Shown: positions 1-9,299, numbered from the stretch's first letter. The stretch: DNA of 64,000 bases from Nitrospirales bacterium (GCA_963555755.3 OY820905.2:4256001-4320000); one strand, 5' to 3'. A program made the numbers and translations. The notes: generated by a model not told the origin, from the letters alone.

Positions 1-295
1 GACCAAAGAAACCGTGGCCGCTGGATTTCGCATTCTCCTCAAGGACAAAAAGGTCAAAGGTATTTTCATTAATATTTTTGGTGGCATCGTCCGGTGCGAA
101 CGTATTGCCCATGGCGTCATCGAAGCCTCCAAAGAAGTCGGCATTAAATTGCCTGTTGTCGTCCGACTGCAAGGCACCAATGCCGAAGAAGGCCGGAAAC
201 TTTTGAAGGAGTCCGGCTTAAAAGTCGAAGTCGCAACTGACCTTTGGGAAGCTGCCCAAAAGATTGTCGCCATGAAGGGAAAGAAGAAGCGGTGA
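1..295 (+). CDS. sucC: Succinyl-CoA synthetase beta subunit, 3' part (runs off the window start)
   Basis: [12 protein letters not shown] and VVRLQGTN motifs of the SucC C-terminus; sucD lies downstream. Confidence 0.95.
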   Translation, partial: TKETVAAGFRILLKDKKVKGIFINIFGGIVRCERIAHGVIEASKEVGIKLPVVVRLQGTNAEEGRKLLKESGLKVEVATDLWEAAQKIVAMKGKKKR

Positions 296-377
296 TCGAG
301 TGGCTTCTTGTGCTTACACACCGCCCACTTCAAATAGTGCTCGAAGGATGTGTGTTGTCAATGGTGGAGGTGAGCAA

Positions 378-575
378 ATGAAATACAAAATTGTGCTAAA
401 GGAATCAGAGGAAGGCATGAGTGTTTCGTGTCCTGGCTTGCCTGGTTGTTGGTCTCAAGGGAAAGACGAAGAAGAGGCTATCGCGAATATTCGTGAGGCG
501 ATAGGGGATTATCTGGCGGCTGTTTCCGAATCTGTGAAGGGAGAAAACGTTAGAGAAATTGAAGTCCCTGTCTAA
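378..575 (+). CDS. hicB: HicB-family antitoxin (short form)
   Basis: MKYKIVL..SEEG.SVSCPGLPGCWSQG....EAIANIREAI signature; GGAGG RBS before ATG 378. Confidence 0.88.
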   Translation: MKYKIVLKESEEGMSVSCPGLPGCWSQGKDEEEAIANIREAIGDYLAAVSESVKGENVREIEVPV

Positions 576-577
576 CC

Positions 578-793
578 ATGCCGAAGATTCCAGGGGTTAA
601 TCATCGGAATGCTGTCCGTGCTCTTGAGAAAGCAGGATTTCATATAGTTCGTGAAGGCCGGAAACATATTGTGATATCAGATGGAACACGCTTTTTGACC
701 ATCCCACGAAATACCCCAATCAATGCCTTTACAATGGGTGGGATCGTTAAAGATGCCGGGTTAAGCGTTGAGGAATTTCGAAAGCTTCTCTAG
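578..793 (+). CDS. hicA: HicA-family mRNA interferase toxin
   Basis: ALEKAGF..VREG.KHI...TIP...INAFTMGGIVKDAGLSVEEF; starts 2 nt after hicB. Confidence 0.88.
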   Translation: MPKIPGVNHRNAVRALEKAGFHIVREGRKHIVISDGTRFLTIPRNTPINAFTMGGIVKDAGLSVEEFRKLL

Positions 794-840
794 CGTTACT
801 TTTTGTTTTGTAGGGTGGGGACTCTCCACCAGCGGAAATC

Positions 841-876
841 TCCCTCGCCCCTGAGGGGAGAGGGTAGGGTGAGGGG
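841..876. repeat. REP-like palindromic repeat
   Basis: TCCCTCGCCCCTGAGGGGAGAGGGTAGGGTGAGGGG: a CCCTCnCCCC/GGGGAGAGGG hairpin plus GGGTGAGGG tail, a widespread intergenic repeat type. Confidence 0.6.
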
Positions 877-953
877 TTATCTTGTCGGTTCGTTTTTAAT
901 TCACAAAATTGATCTTTAAGTAGTAAATTGAAAAAATTGAAAGGTGAACTGGA

Positions 954-1826
954 ATGAGCATCTTAGTGAACAAGTCAACGAGAGTGGTTGTCCAAGGCAT
1001 TACTGGGAAAGAGGGCTCTTTCCATGCGACTCAGTGTAAGGCTTATGGCACCAAAATTGTTGCCGGCGTGACCCCTGGAAAAGCTGGGCAAGAAGTCGAG
1101 GGCATTCCGGTCTTTAACACGGTTCGTGAAGCCGTCAAAAAGACTGGAGCTACCACATCGTTGATTTTTGTTCCACCGCCATTTGCAGCTGATGCGATTC
1201 TTGAGGCAGCCGATGCTGGAATCTGGTTGGTGATCTGTATTACGGAAGGCATTCCAGTGAACGAAATGGTGCGTGTGAAACGGGCGCTGGAAAGCACCCA
1301 GACCCGATTCATCGGCCCCAACTGTCCGGGGATTATTACTGCAGATGAGTGCAAGATTGGCATTATGCCGGGGTTCATTCATAAAAAAGGAAGAGTCGGA
1401 GTGATCTCCCGCAGTGGAACGCTCACGTATGAAGCGGTCAATCAGCTCACGAACCTTGGCCTTGGCGAAACCACCTGCGTGGGAATAGGTGGCGACCCCA
1501 TCATTGGAACCGGATACATCGATCTCCTTCAAATGTTTGAAAAAGACGACGAGACCGAAGCCGTAGTCATGATTGGTGAGATCGGTGGTGATGCCGAAGA
1601 AAAAGCCGCAGCCTTTATCAAAAAAGAAATGACCAAACCCGTCATTGGTTTTATCGCAGGCATTACCGCACCACCAGGCCGGCGCATGGGCCATGCAGGT
1701 GCGATCATTACCGGCGGCAAAGGAACAGCTAAAGAAAAAATGGCAGCCTTGGAGGCAGCCGGCGTTCGAGTGGTCCGAAACCCAGCAGAGATTGGGGAGA
1801 CTGTAAAATCAGCTTTGGGTGGATGA
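954..1826 (+). CDS. sucD: Succinyl-CoA synthetase alpha subunit
   Basis: [21 protein letters not shown] and the phospho-His motif RMGHAGA. Confidence 0.98.
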   Translation: MSILVNKSTRVVVQGITGKEGSFHATQCKAYGTKIVAGVTPGKAGQEVEGIPVFNTVREAVKKTGATTSLIFVPPPFAADAILEAADAGIWLVICITEGIPVNEMVRVKRALESTQTRFIGPNCPGIITADECKIGIMPGFIHKKGRVGVISRSGTLTYEAVNQLTNLGLGETTCVGIGGDPIIGTGYIDLLQMFEKDDETEAVVMIGEIGGDAEEKAAAFIKKEMTKPVIGFIAGITAPPGRRMGHAGAIITGGKGTAKEKMAALEAAGVRVVRNPAEIGETVKSALGG

Positions 1827-2061
1827 TTCTACCCTTCTTGAGAACCCTCCTCTCTTCATTTCTTTTGAAATCGAAAGGCTTCTTCTGGGTCTTGCTGAAC
1901 GAGCAGCAGGACCTCCTACCTCTCCTCTAATTCCAGACCACACGAGACTGTCTTGCAACGGGCAGCCAAGGCCGCTAGACTCCAACCCGAAATTTCAAGA
2001 CCAGCTCAACTTTTGGTCCAGGGTACATCCGCGCAAGAAGTGAACAGATCGAATAAGTAGT

Positions 2062-2553
2062 ATGAATTTTGGTAAGAGAGTATTCATTATAATTTTGATT
2101 GGCATTTCCTGTGTTGGTTGCGACCAAAGTACAAAGCTACTCGCTACAGAGTATCTTTCTCAAAATGGAATGCATTCATATTTCTACGACATGGTGCGCA
2201 TTGGGTACACTGAAAATTTGGGTGGCTTCCTTGGTCTTGGTAATACCTTGCCAATTGAGTACCGTTTTTGGCTTTTCAGCGTAGCTGTCGGCGCCACCCT
2301 CGTCGGCTTACTCTTCTATCTCATAATCAACTTCACACAAGGGCTAGGATCATTGATAGGGTTATCCCTGGTATTCGCCGGAGGGTTTAGTAATTTTTAT
2401 GATCGAGTAGCAAACAACGGAGCGGTTGTCGACTTTATCAATATTGGTGTAGGTCCGCTCCGAACGGGTATTTTTAATGTCGCTGATGTGGCTATATTGG
2501 TTGGCGTAGCAATTGTTTTGCTTGCTCAGTCTAAACAGAGGGCAACAACATAA
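2062..2553 (+). CDS. lspA: Signal peptidase II (cassette-borne paralog)
   Basis: DQ.TK, GGFSNFYDR, VVDFI, FNVADVAI catalytic motifs. Confidence 0.88.
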   Translation: MNFGKRVFIIILIGISCVGCDQSTKLLATEYLSQNGMHSYFYDMVRIGYTENLGGFLGLGNTLPIEYRFWLFSVAVGATLVGLLFYLIINFTQGLGSLIGLSLVFAGGFSNFYDRVANNGAVVDFINIGVGPLRTGIFNVADVAILVGVAIVLLAQSKQRATT

Positions 2554-2636
2554 ACGGCTTCTAATAAGTGGCGGTAGAGCGACCGCTTTTCCGCCACCTC
2601 GCAGCTACAAATCAGCGCGTGAGCTGAACGTTAGGC
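2548..2636 (+). other. attC-like integron cassette recombination site
   Basis: Starts at the lspA stop (ACATAAA, degenerate R''), has an internal GTGGCGG/CCGCCAC palindrome, ends GCGTGAGCTGAACGTTAGGC (R' GTTAGGC at 2630-2636); the next ATG follows at 2646. Confidence 0.75.
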
Positions 2637-2713
2637 ATAACAAATATGGATATTGCAGGTTTTTTCGCTACCTTCTTCAGTACGATCTTTTGTGGCGCGG
2701 CAATTTATATAAA

Positions 2714-3725
2714 TATGCCTTCCCATTTGACTAAGGTTAGTCCCTAGACTAGTCTGCTGGACTATGGACACAGGGTATGCTGCTGATATCTTGGATTTTT
2801 CTGTTAGGTTCCACACCGAAGAAGCGTGCTTCGAGTACTTGCGGGCGATTCGGTGGCCAGACGGGTTTATGTGTCCAGCTTGCGGTCATCGCGGTGGTTG
2901 GTGGCTCAAAAAATATTTCCGGTTTGAGTGTTCGTCGTGTCATAGACAGACATCACCGCTAAGCGGCACAGTGATGCATAGATCGCACTTGCCGCTACGG
3001 CTTTGGTTTTGGGCTGCCTATTTCGTCTCCACGCACACACCTGGCATCAGTGCTGTGCAATTGCAGCGTCAACTCAGTATCAAGAAGGTGGATAGCGCCT
3101 GGTATTTGCTCCACAGATTGCGACGAGGAATGGTACGACAGAACCGTGAACGGCTCGCAGGAACAGTTGAAGCCGATGAAACCCATATCGGTGGACCGGT
3201 AAAAGGCAAAACGGGCCGTGGCGTCGCGAAAGCGAAAACCAAGACGTTAATAGCCGGAGCCGTAGAAATTGTCACGTACACACAAGGGGATCACTTTCGA
3301 GAGAAAGCAGGGCGTTTACGATTAGCGATTCTTCAAGACGCTGGAGAGAACGAGATCAAAGCATTCCTCAATAGCCATGTCGCTGAGGGCAGTAAGATCA
3401 AGTCCGATGGTTGGAAGGGATACTCGGCAAAAGCCTTGGCAGGATACGAACACCTGAGACGGACCCAGGGTGACCCAGCAAGTGCTGGGAAGCACGCTCC
3501 ACACATCCATAGAGCGTTCGGCAATCTGCAGACCTGGCTGAACGGGATTCACCATGGAGTGGATTCAAAATACCTGCAACACTATCTTGATGAGTTTGTC
3601 TTTCGCTATAACCGCCGTGAGACTCCAATGAGTACCTTCCAGAGTTTGTTGAAAATCCTGACCAGCAGCTCAAAACCCTTGGGATTCAATAAACTGAAGC
3701 AACCTTAGTTAAATGGGAAGGCATA
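2714..3725 (+). mobile_element. IS1595-family insertion sequence
   Basis: 23-bp inverted repeats TATGCCTTCCCATTT(G/A)ACTAAGG with 1 mismatch; 8-bp target duplication TATATAAA at 2706-2713 and 3726-3733. Confidence 0.93.
2764..3708 (+). CDS. IS1595-family DDE transposase
   Basis: N-terminal CPAC...CSSC zinc ribbon, VEADET, SDGWKGY, YLDEFVFRYN. Confidence 0.95.
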   Translation: MDTGYAADILDFSVRFHTEEACFEYLRAIRWPDGFMCPACGHRGGWWLKKYFRFECSSCHRQTSPLSGTVMHRSHLPLRLWFWAAYFVSTHTPGISAVQLQRQLSIKKVDSAWYLLHRLRRGMVRQNRERLAGTVEADETHIGGPVKGKTGRGVAKAKTKTLIAGAVEIVTYTQGDHFREKAGRLRLAILQDAGENEIKAFLNSHVAEGSKIKSDGWKGYSAKALAGYEHLRRTQGDPASAGKHAPHIHRAFGNLQTWLNGIHHGVDSKYLQHYLDEFVFRYNRRETPMSTFQSLLKILTSSSKPLGFNKLKQP

Positions 3726-4097
3726 TATATAAATATTGCCGAGCATCCAGCAAGAATGGAGTGTGGCACTGAATTGGCGGCTACTGTCTTTGGTCCGAGT
3801 TACCATCGTGCGGCTGCCATGCAAGCTTCCTTGGCTTTACTATCAACTATAGCAGCAATCGTTACTTGGGTTCTTGGTGGCCCTGCACTCTGGCTAGTTG
3901 GTGCTGCATTCATTTTTACTGTGGTTCCATTTACGTTTATTGCAATAATGCCAACAAACACACGATTACTTGCTGCCACGTTGGACAAAAATTCCAATAC
4001 CGCGAAAGACTTACTAGAAAAATGGGGCAAGCTTCATGCGATGCGTAGTGCATTAAGTTTGTGGTCATCACTATTATTTTTATACATATTAACTACA

Positions 4098-4163
4098 ACA
4101 TAAAAGGCGGCTGTACTGGATTCTAGCGCTTACGCGCCTCCACCTGTGAGCCGGGGGTTAGGC
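4098..4163 (+). other. attC-like site
   Basis: ACATAAAAGGCGGCTG...GTGAGCCGGGGGTTAGGC; R' GTTAGGC at 4157-4163. Confidence 0.7.
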
Positions 4164-4175
4164 AGCCGCGAAAAT

Positions 4176-4649
4176 ATGGAAGCCATCACCTTCCGTCGGG
4201 CACGACCCGACGAGGCACAGCAGCTCACAGAACTCGCCTTTGCTTCGAAGCGGTACTGGGGTTACTCAGACGCGCTCATCGAACTTTGGCGCTGTGATCT
4301 CGAATTCAGTCCAGGTTCGATCCGAGTCTGGCCTACCTTCATCGCGGAGCAGACGGGTTGTTTGGTTGGCGTGTTCGCGGTCTCGAAATCGGAAGACATA
4401 GCCGAGCTCGAGGCCCTGTGGGTTCATCCCTCGTGTTTCCGTCAAGGTCTCGGCCGTGCTCTCTTCCGGAAGGCTGTCGCTGAGGCACGAGCGCAGGGTG
4501 CCACCTCTCTCGTCATAAAATCAGATCCTAACGCGGAGCCGTTCTACATTCGTATGGGTGCATCACCAGCAGGCTCGGTGCCGTCGACCCCGGTCGGCCG
4601 ACGGCTCCCTAGGCTGATCTTTAACCTTGGTGAGTCGGTGGCTGTCTAA
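4176..4649 (+). CDS. GNAT N-acetyltransferase
   Basis: LWVHPSCFRQGLGRAL acetyl-CoA motif, SDPNAEPFY; ATG lies just after the attC. Confidence 0.9.
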   Translation: MEAITFRRARPDEAQQLTELAFASKRYWGYSDALIELWRCDLEFSPGSIRVWPTFIAEQTGCLVGVFAVSKSEDIAELEALWVHPSCFRQGLGRALFRKAVAEARAQGATSLVIKSDPNAEPFYIRMGASPAGSVPSTPVGRRLPRLIFNLGESVAV

Positions 4650-4687
4650 CAAGGGGTTTGGCTATGCAGCTGAGCGCCCGGTTAGTA
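4644..4687 (+). other. Internally deleted (44-bp) attC-like site
   Basis: GTCTAAC (R'', overlaps the stop) AAGGGG...GCAGCTGAGCGCCCG GTTAGTA (R'). Confidence 0.65.
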
Positions 4688-4714
4688 TTTCTATGAAAAT
4701 TTGAATGAATCAAA

Positions 4715-5410
4715 ATGAAGAAATTCGCGCTCATTGCTGAATATGATCCAAACTTTGAGCCCCATGTCTCCACCGAAAAAGCCCTTAGACATTCCGCGGA
4801 ATCTTTAGCGTTGCAGGTTGAGCACCAGTGGGTTTCAACCAATGATATTTGCGATTCATTATTTACGGACTTTGATGCGATATGGGTTGCTCCAGGTAGC
4901 CCTTATAAAAATATGGATAACACGTTATGGGCAATACGATATGCCAGGGAACATGATATTCCCTTTTTAGGAACCTGCGGAGGCTTCCAACACGTCATTA
5001 TCGAAATTGCTCGAAATGTTCTAGGATTTGAAGATGCCGAACATGCCGAACATGCCGAATACGATCCATATAGTAGTAAGCTATTTATCTCCGAACTCTC
5101 TTGTTCTTTAGCTGGTAAAGAGATGGATTTAGAGCTCGTGCCCGAATCGAAAGTTGCTGAGTACTATGGAGCGACGACAGCTAAGGAGAAATATTACTGC
5201 AATTTCGGCGTGAATTCTGAGTGGACTGAGGAATTAAGAAAGGCTCCAATTGGTTTTGTTGGATCGGACTCTGAAGGCGAGATCAGAATTATTGAGCTTG
5301 CCACCAATAGTTTTTTTGTCGCCACCCTCTTTGTCCCGCAAGCAAAATCGACACGAGATAATCCGCATCCACTGATCACGAGCTTTGTGAAAGAAGTCGT
5401 ATGCCAATAA
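4715..5410 (+). CDS. CTP-synthase C-terminal-like glutamine amidotransferase (stand-alone)
   Basis: APGSPY, PFLGTCGGFQH, YYCNFGVN, TLFVPQ, HPLI. Confidence 0.85.
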   Translation: MKKFALIAEYDPNFEPHVSTEKALRHSAESLALQVEHQWVSTNDICDSLFTDFDAIWVAPGSPYKNMDNTLWAIRYAREHDIPFLGTCGGFQHVIIEIARNVLGFEDAEHAEHAEYDPYSSKLFISELSCSLAGKEMDLELVPESKVAEYYGATTAKEKYYCNFGVNSEWTEELRKAPIGFVGSDSEGEIRIIELATNSFFVATLFVPQAKSTRDNPHPLITSFVKEVVCQ

Positions 5411-5496
5411 GGTGAAACAATGGTCTTCAGTTGGCCACCAACAGCGGCGTTCCTTGGCGCACTGCTTTTGTTGGCAATAGAACATAGACATTAGGT
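5403..5496 (+). other. Degenerate attC-like site
   Basis: CCAACAGCGGCG...CGCACTGCTTTTGTTGG palindrome ending in ATTAGGT (GTTAGGT with one change). Confidence 0.45.
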
Positions 5497-5511
5497 TGTA
5501 GGGATTACCAT

Positions 5512-6075
5512 ATGGAACAGAACGCGATTTTTTTAGAGACGGTATGGAGAGAATATCGTGAGCAACTACTCGCCTTCATCCGTACAAAAATTAGTTCTCC
5601 TGAAGATGCGGAAGATATACTAACGGAAGTATTTGTAAAATTGGCGAGGCAGGAGGCGGTATCTAGAACTCCCTATTCATTGCCCAATTGGTTATATCGT
5701 GTTAGCAGAAACTCGATAATTGATTTTTATCGTATGCGTAGGCCCCTGGAAAGCTTGCCAGAGGACCTCATTCAGGAACAACCCGATCCACAAATATTAA
5801 CGACACTATCTGCATGCATCTCACCCATGATTCATATGTTACCGGATGTGTATAAATCTCCAATGCTTCTTTCCGAAATAGAGGGGAAAAAGCAAAAGCA
5901 GGTCGCGATAGAATTGGGATTAAGCCTGCCAGCGGTTAAATCCAGAATTTTGCGAGGACGAAAAAAGCTGAAAGCTCTGATGGTAAGTTGTTGCACCCTG
6001 TATCAAAATAAAAGTGGACAAATAATTGATTATAAACAAATTTCAAGCGAATTTTGTGACAAGTGTGAGGATTAG
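5512..6075 (+). CDS. sigZ: ECF RNA polymerase sigma factor, SigZ-like
   Basis: DAEDILTEVF, WLYRVSRNSIIDFYR, KSRILRGRKKL, Cys-rich C-terminus (SCC...C..C). Confidence 0.85.
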   Translation: MEQNAIFLETVWREYREQLLAFIRTKISSPEDAEDILTEVFVKLARQEAVSRTPYSLPNWLYRVSRNSIIDFYRMRRPLESLPEDLIQEQPDPQILTTLSACISPMIHMLPDVYKSPMLLSEIEGKKQKQVAIELGLSLPAVKSRILRGRKKLKALMVSCCTLYQNKSGQIIDYKQISSEFCDKCED

Positions 6076-6086
6076 ACGATTTGCAA

Positions 6087-6113
6087 TGCGTCCTTTTCTG
6101 AGGTGTGTCGTCT
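6087..6113 (+). promoter_or_regulatory. Putative ECF-type promoter upstream of the ArsI/CadI-like gene
   Basis: TGCGTCCTTTT...CGTCT, with an ECF-like -10 CGTC box, between sigZ and the next gene. Confidence 0.35.
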
Positions 6114-6168
6114 GTACCAGTGAGAATGTCGATTTCCGGCACTTCGATTAACCTCAGATAAGGAGAAC

Positions 6169-6672
6169 ATGATGAAACGTCTGCATATCCACATTGCGGT
6201 AAAAAACCTTTCAGAAAGTATCGGGTTTTATTCTACTCTCCTGGGGAGCCCTCCAACCGCAGCACGTGAAGATTACGCAAAATGGAATCTGCATGATCCA
6301 GCAGTAAATTTTGCGATATCCATGCGAGGCCACTCAATCGGTATTAATCATCTGGGGTTCCAGGTCGACTCAGAAGAGGAATTGAGGGAAATATCAGAAC
6401 GTCTGGATAAAGCGTCGATGCCTTCCACTAAACAGGAGAACGCGTCATGTTGCTATTCTCGATCTAATAAACATTGGACTCTTGATCCCCAAGGTATAGC
6501 CTGGGAGAGTTTCCATACAGTGGGTCATATTGATGTCTTTGGAGAAGATACACAGGCTAAATCAGAAGAGAATGCTTCCGTATGCTGCATTCCGTTGCAC
6601 AACGAGAATGTAGAAAACGAAACGGAATGCTGTATACCCAATGAAAATGAAGTGACAGGGTGTTGTTCATAA
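6169..6672 (+). CDS. ArsI/CadI-family VOC metalloenzyme
   Basis: RLHIHIAV, DYAKW.L.DP.VNFAIS, NHLGFQV, CCY...K.W..DPQGIAWE.F; Cys-pair tail. Confidence 0.87.
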   Translation: MMKRLHIHIAVKNLSESIGFYSTLLGSPPTAAREDYAKWNLHDPAVNFAISMRGHSIGINHLGFQVDSEEELREISERLDKASMPSTKQENASCCYSRSNKHWTLDPQGIAWESFHTVGHIDVFGEDTQAKSEENASVCCIPLHNENVENETECCIPNENEVTGCCS

Positions 6673-6751
6673 AACCTGCCATGAGCATAAAGACGGGTTT
6701 CTTGGGCGGCGCTTTGCTCTGTCTAAGAAACCGATTATGTAAGCGTGATAT
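6667..6751 (+). other. Degenerate attC-like site
   Basis: CATAA..CGGGTTTCTTGGGCGG / CTGTCTAAGAAACCG.TTATG palindrome ending GTGATAT (GTTATAT with one change). Confidence 0.55.
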
Positions 6752-6765
6752 GGGAATTGAGGCTC

Positions 6766-7131
6766 ATGGCTAAAGAATATTTAGAGAAACTATCAGTCTT
6801 TATAGAAAAGGCAACGTCTGATTATTCTGAAAACATGCACCTCGACTGCAAACATTTTTTTAGTGGTGCCGCACTCTATGCAGGGGAAAGAATATGCATA
6901 TCCTTAACGCCGGTTGGGTTAGCGATGAGGCTTCCAGAAAAAATCAAAGACACACTGATAAAAAATAACAAAGCGGTTCCACTGAGATATTTCCCGAAAG
7001 GCCCCATTAAAAAGGATTATGTGTTGTTTGCCGGTGGGGTAGAAAAAGGTGGAAAGGCGCTACATAAATATGTGAAGACAAGCATTGAGTATGTTCTCTC
7101 AATACCAAAACCCAAAAGAAAATCGAAATAA
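6766..7131 (+). CDS. TfoX/Sxy N-terminal-domain-like protein (copy 1, intact)
   Basis: KHFFSGAALY..., LRYFPKGPIKKDYV; a close paralog lies at 9835-12618. Confidence 0.7.
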   Translation: MAKEYLEKLSVFIEKATSDYSENMHLDCKHFFSGAALYAGERICISLTPVGLAMRLPEKIKDTLIKNNKAVPLRYFPKGPIKKDYVLFAGGVEKGGKALHKYVKTSIEYVLSIPKPKRKSK

Positions 7132-7229
7132 CAAGAAAGCCATAGCACAAGTCAATTTCAGCAGTCCCAATACCGTGCCGCTCCCATCGTCGTTCTGCGG
7201 CATCAGTCGGCTGATTTGCAACGTTATAT
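7126..7229 (+). other. attC-like site
   Basis: AAATAAC at the stop; TCAGC...GCTGA inner arms; ends TTGCAACGTTATAT (R' at 7223-7229). Confidence 0.6.
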
Positions 7230-7247
7230 TATAAGGAATGCTGAGTC

Positions 7248-7667
7248 ATGGCTATTACCGGATCATGTTTTTGTGGAGCTATCGCATACAAAATTGAAGG
7301 AAAGTTGCGAGATGCACGATCTTGTCATTGTTCAACCTGCCGGAAAGCTTTTAGTGCTCAAGCGTCGGCCTATGCGCTTGTTGAACCCGATGAGTTCACT
7401 TGGGTTTCTGGTGAAGACTTACTCACCACCTATGAATCCAAGGATGGTAAAGGGTTGCAGTTCTGTCGAATCTGCGGCTCGACACTGTGTGGAACATTCA
7501 AAGGCCAAATACATGGGGTTACACTCGGATGCACAGACGGCGATCCAGGTATCCGATTGGGCATGCATATTTTTGTTGGGGAAAAAGCGTCTTGGGAAAC
7601 ATTGCCAGATGATGGAATCCCTCAATATGAAGAGTCTCCGCCTGAAAATTCATCAGAGAAGAGCTAA
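7248..7667 (+). CDS. GFA family (Mss4-like, Zn-binding) protein
   Basis: GSCFCG, CHCSTCRK, FCRICGS, HIFV..KASW. Confidence 0.92.
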   Translation: MAITGSCFCGAIAYKIEGKLRDARSCHCSTCRKAFSAQASAYALVEPDEFTWVSGEDLLTTYESKDGKGLQFCRICGSTLCGTFKGQIHGVTLGCTDGDPGIRLGMHIFVGEKASWETLPDDGIPQYEESPPENSSEKS

Positions 7668-7748
7668 CACAGCAATTCGCCCCAGATTACCAAAAGCGGC
7701 GCACCTTCATTAGTAGATGTTGCCAATCGGTAATTTTCGACGTTTTCG
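7662..7748 (+). other. attC-like site
   Basis: AGCTAAC at the stop; GATTACC/GGTAATT arms; ends CGACGTTTTCG (degenerate R'). Confidence 0.55.
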
Positions 7749-7770
7749 ATTAAAACGGGGGAACCTTACC

Positions 7771-8475
7771 TTGTTCTCAGGCAAAAGAGTCTTAATTCTA
7801 GACATGAACAGCACATTTATGTTTGGTGAAGACCGATTCGGAGATGCAGAAGATTTCTCGCTGTATTATTTCCAAATTGGTGGGACACTTCTAAAAGATG
7901 AAATCAATCGAATCGTACGCACAACGTATGAATACTTGGCTGCCCGGTACACAGATGAAACCTTTCGGCACAACTTTCCATCTGTGGAATCCGCAGTTCG
8001 AAAAGTCGCTGGTGTAGACATTGAGAGAAATGAAATTGAAAAAATCGTGAATACCTTTGCCTTCCATGAACTGGGATACATCCCAAGTGATTATGTCACG
8101 GCGCTTCAAAAGTTGCGGCAACATTTTCTTTTAGCCGCCGTCATTGACATTTGGGCACCGAAAACTAGTTGGCTCAATACCTTTAAGCGCGAAGGAATTG
8201 CGGATCTATTTTCAGTCACATCGTTTTCCTCTGACCATGGCATGGTCAAACCTTCTCCTAAACCTTTTGAAAGGGTGTTGCGTCAGCTTGGAATAGCTAA
8301 CTCAGAAGCAATCGTCATTGGCGATTCACCGCGAAGAGATCTTGGTGGTGCAAAGAGCGCTGGAATTGACTGTATACTCGTTGGCGGCTCTGAACATCCA
8401 GACGCGATAAAAAGTTTTGCTAACTTGCTAAAACTATGCGACGCAATGTATCAACGGGTTCCGGCCAATCCATAA
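7771..8475 (+). CDS. HAD-superfamily hydrolase
   Basis: LILDMNST, KPSP, VIGDS..RDLGGA..AG; start codon uncertain (TTG 7771 chosen because it lies after the attC). Confidence 0.82.
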   Translation: MFSGKRVLILDMNSTFMFGEDRFGDAEDFSLYYFQIGGTLLKDEINRIVRTTYEYLAARYTDETFRHNFPSVESAVRKVAGVDIERNEIEKIVNTFAFHELGYIPSDYVTALQKLRQHFLLAAVIDIWAPKTSWLNTFKREGIADLFSVTSFSSDHGMVKPSPKPFERVLRQLGIANSEAIVIGDSPRRDLGGAKSAGIDCILVGGSEHPDAIKSFANLLKLCDAMYQRVPANP

Positions 8476-8600
8476 AAAATATGGGAAAATTTTTGGTGAG
8501 GACATACCGTTGAAACGCGAAACGATGTATAGGGATTACATTCAGTGAAAATCAAACGCGTTGCTGGGCTAGGATTTCCCACCCATGTACATGGTGCGAA

Positions 8601-8924
8601 ATGAAAAATATAAAAGATTACGCTATAGATTTCGAATCGTTACCTTGGGAATCCCCAGCACCGGGTGTTCGATTCAAAGCATTTGTTCAAGGCCCAAAAA
8701 AGATACGTATCATTGAGTTTACGGAAGAATACGTCGAGCCTGCTTGGTGCAGTAAAGGGCACATTGGTTATGTTGTAGAAGGAGAAATGGAAGTGGAATT
8801 TGAGGGGGCCATTAGAAAATTCAAAGGTGGTGACGGGCTCTTTATCCCGAAAGGAGACGAAAATAAGCATAGGCATTATTCGACTAGTAAACCTACAACG
8901 CTTTTCTTGGTGGAAGATGCCTAA
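8601..8924 (+). CDS. Cupin-domain protein
   Basis: WCSKGHIGYVVEG...GDGLFIP.G...H; ends in GCCTAAC, an isolated R''-like core. Confidence 0.8.
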   Translation: MKNIKDYAIDFESLPWESPAPGVRFKAFVQGPKKIRIIEFTEEYVEPAWCSKGHIGYVVEGEMEVEFEGAIRKFKGGDGLFIPKGDENKHRHYSTSKPTTLFLVEDA

Positions 8925-8939
8925 CCAGAGAGGTCTGCG

Positions 8940-9299
8940 ATGAACGAACACGAAAAAATAAATTGCGTTGAATTTCCCGCAAAAGATATAGAGGCAACAA
9001 AAGCCTTTTTCACTGCAGTATTCGGCTGGATTTTTGTCGATTACGGGCCGGAATATAGTGCCTTCTCACATGCAGGTATTGACGGGGGCTTTTTTAAATC
9101 GGATCTCACGGTCTTAACAAAAAATGGTAGTGCCCTCATCGTGTTCTACAGTAAGGACTTACATCAAACACAGGTAAAAATTGAGGGCGCTGGAGGTTCA
9201 ATCATACAACCAATATTTTCATTTCCAGGTGGTCGTCGCTTTCACTTTGGCGATCCCAATGGGAACGAGTATGCCGTGTGGTCAGATGGCAAAGAATAA
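8940..9299 (+). CDS. VOC/glyoxalase-family protein
   Basis: VEFPAKD...KAFF..VFGW.F.DYGP.Y, FPGGRRFHF.DPNGNE. Confidence 0.92.
   Translation: MNEHEKINCVEFPAKDIEATKAFFTAVFGWIFVDYGPEYSAFSHAGIDGGFFKSDLTVLTKNGSALIVFYSKDLHQTQVKIEGAGGSIIQPIFSFPGGRRFHFGDPNGNEYAVWSDGKE

Larger units (their letters stand above)
2646..4103 (+). pseudogene. DUF1772 / anthrone-oxygenase-like membrane protein split by IS1595
   Basis: Joining 2646-2713 to 3734-4103 restores an open frame MDIAGFFATFFSTIFCGAAIYINIAEHPARMECGTELAATVF...WGKLHAMRS. Confidence 0.85.

Noticed and set aside
975..1720. Long ORFs antisense to sucD (and similar ORFs inside other confident genes)
   Set aside because: These are shadow frames of well-supported coding sequences.
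1827..2061. Integron integrase or attI at the head of the array
   Set aside because: No tyrosine-recombinase motifs in any ORF and no convincing attI; ORF 1819-2043 looks spurious.
2570..2577. RfaH ops element GGCGGTAG
   Set aside because: It lies in an attC palindrome arm about 30 kb from the EPS operon; probably chance.
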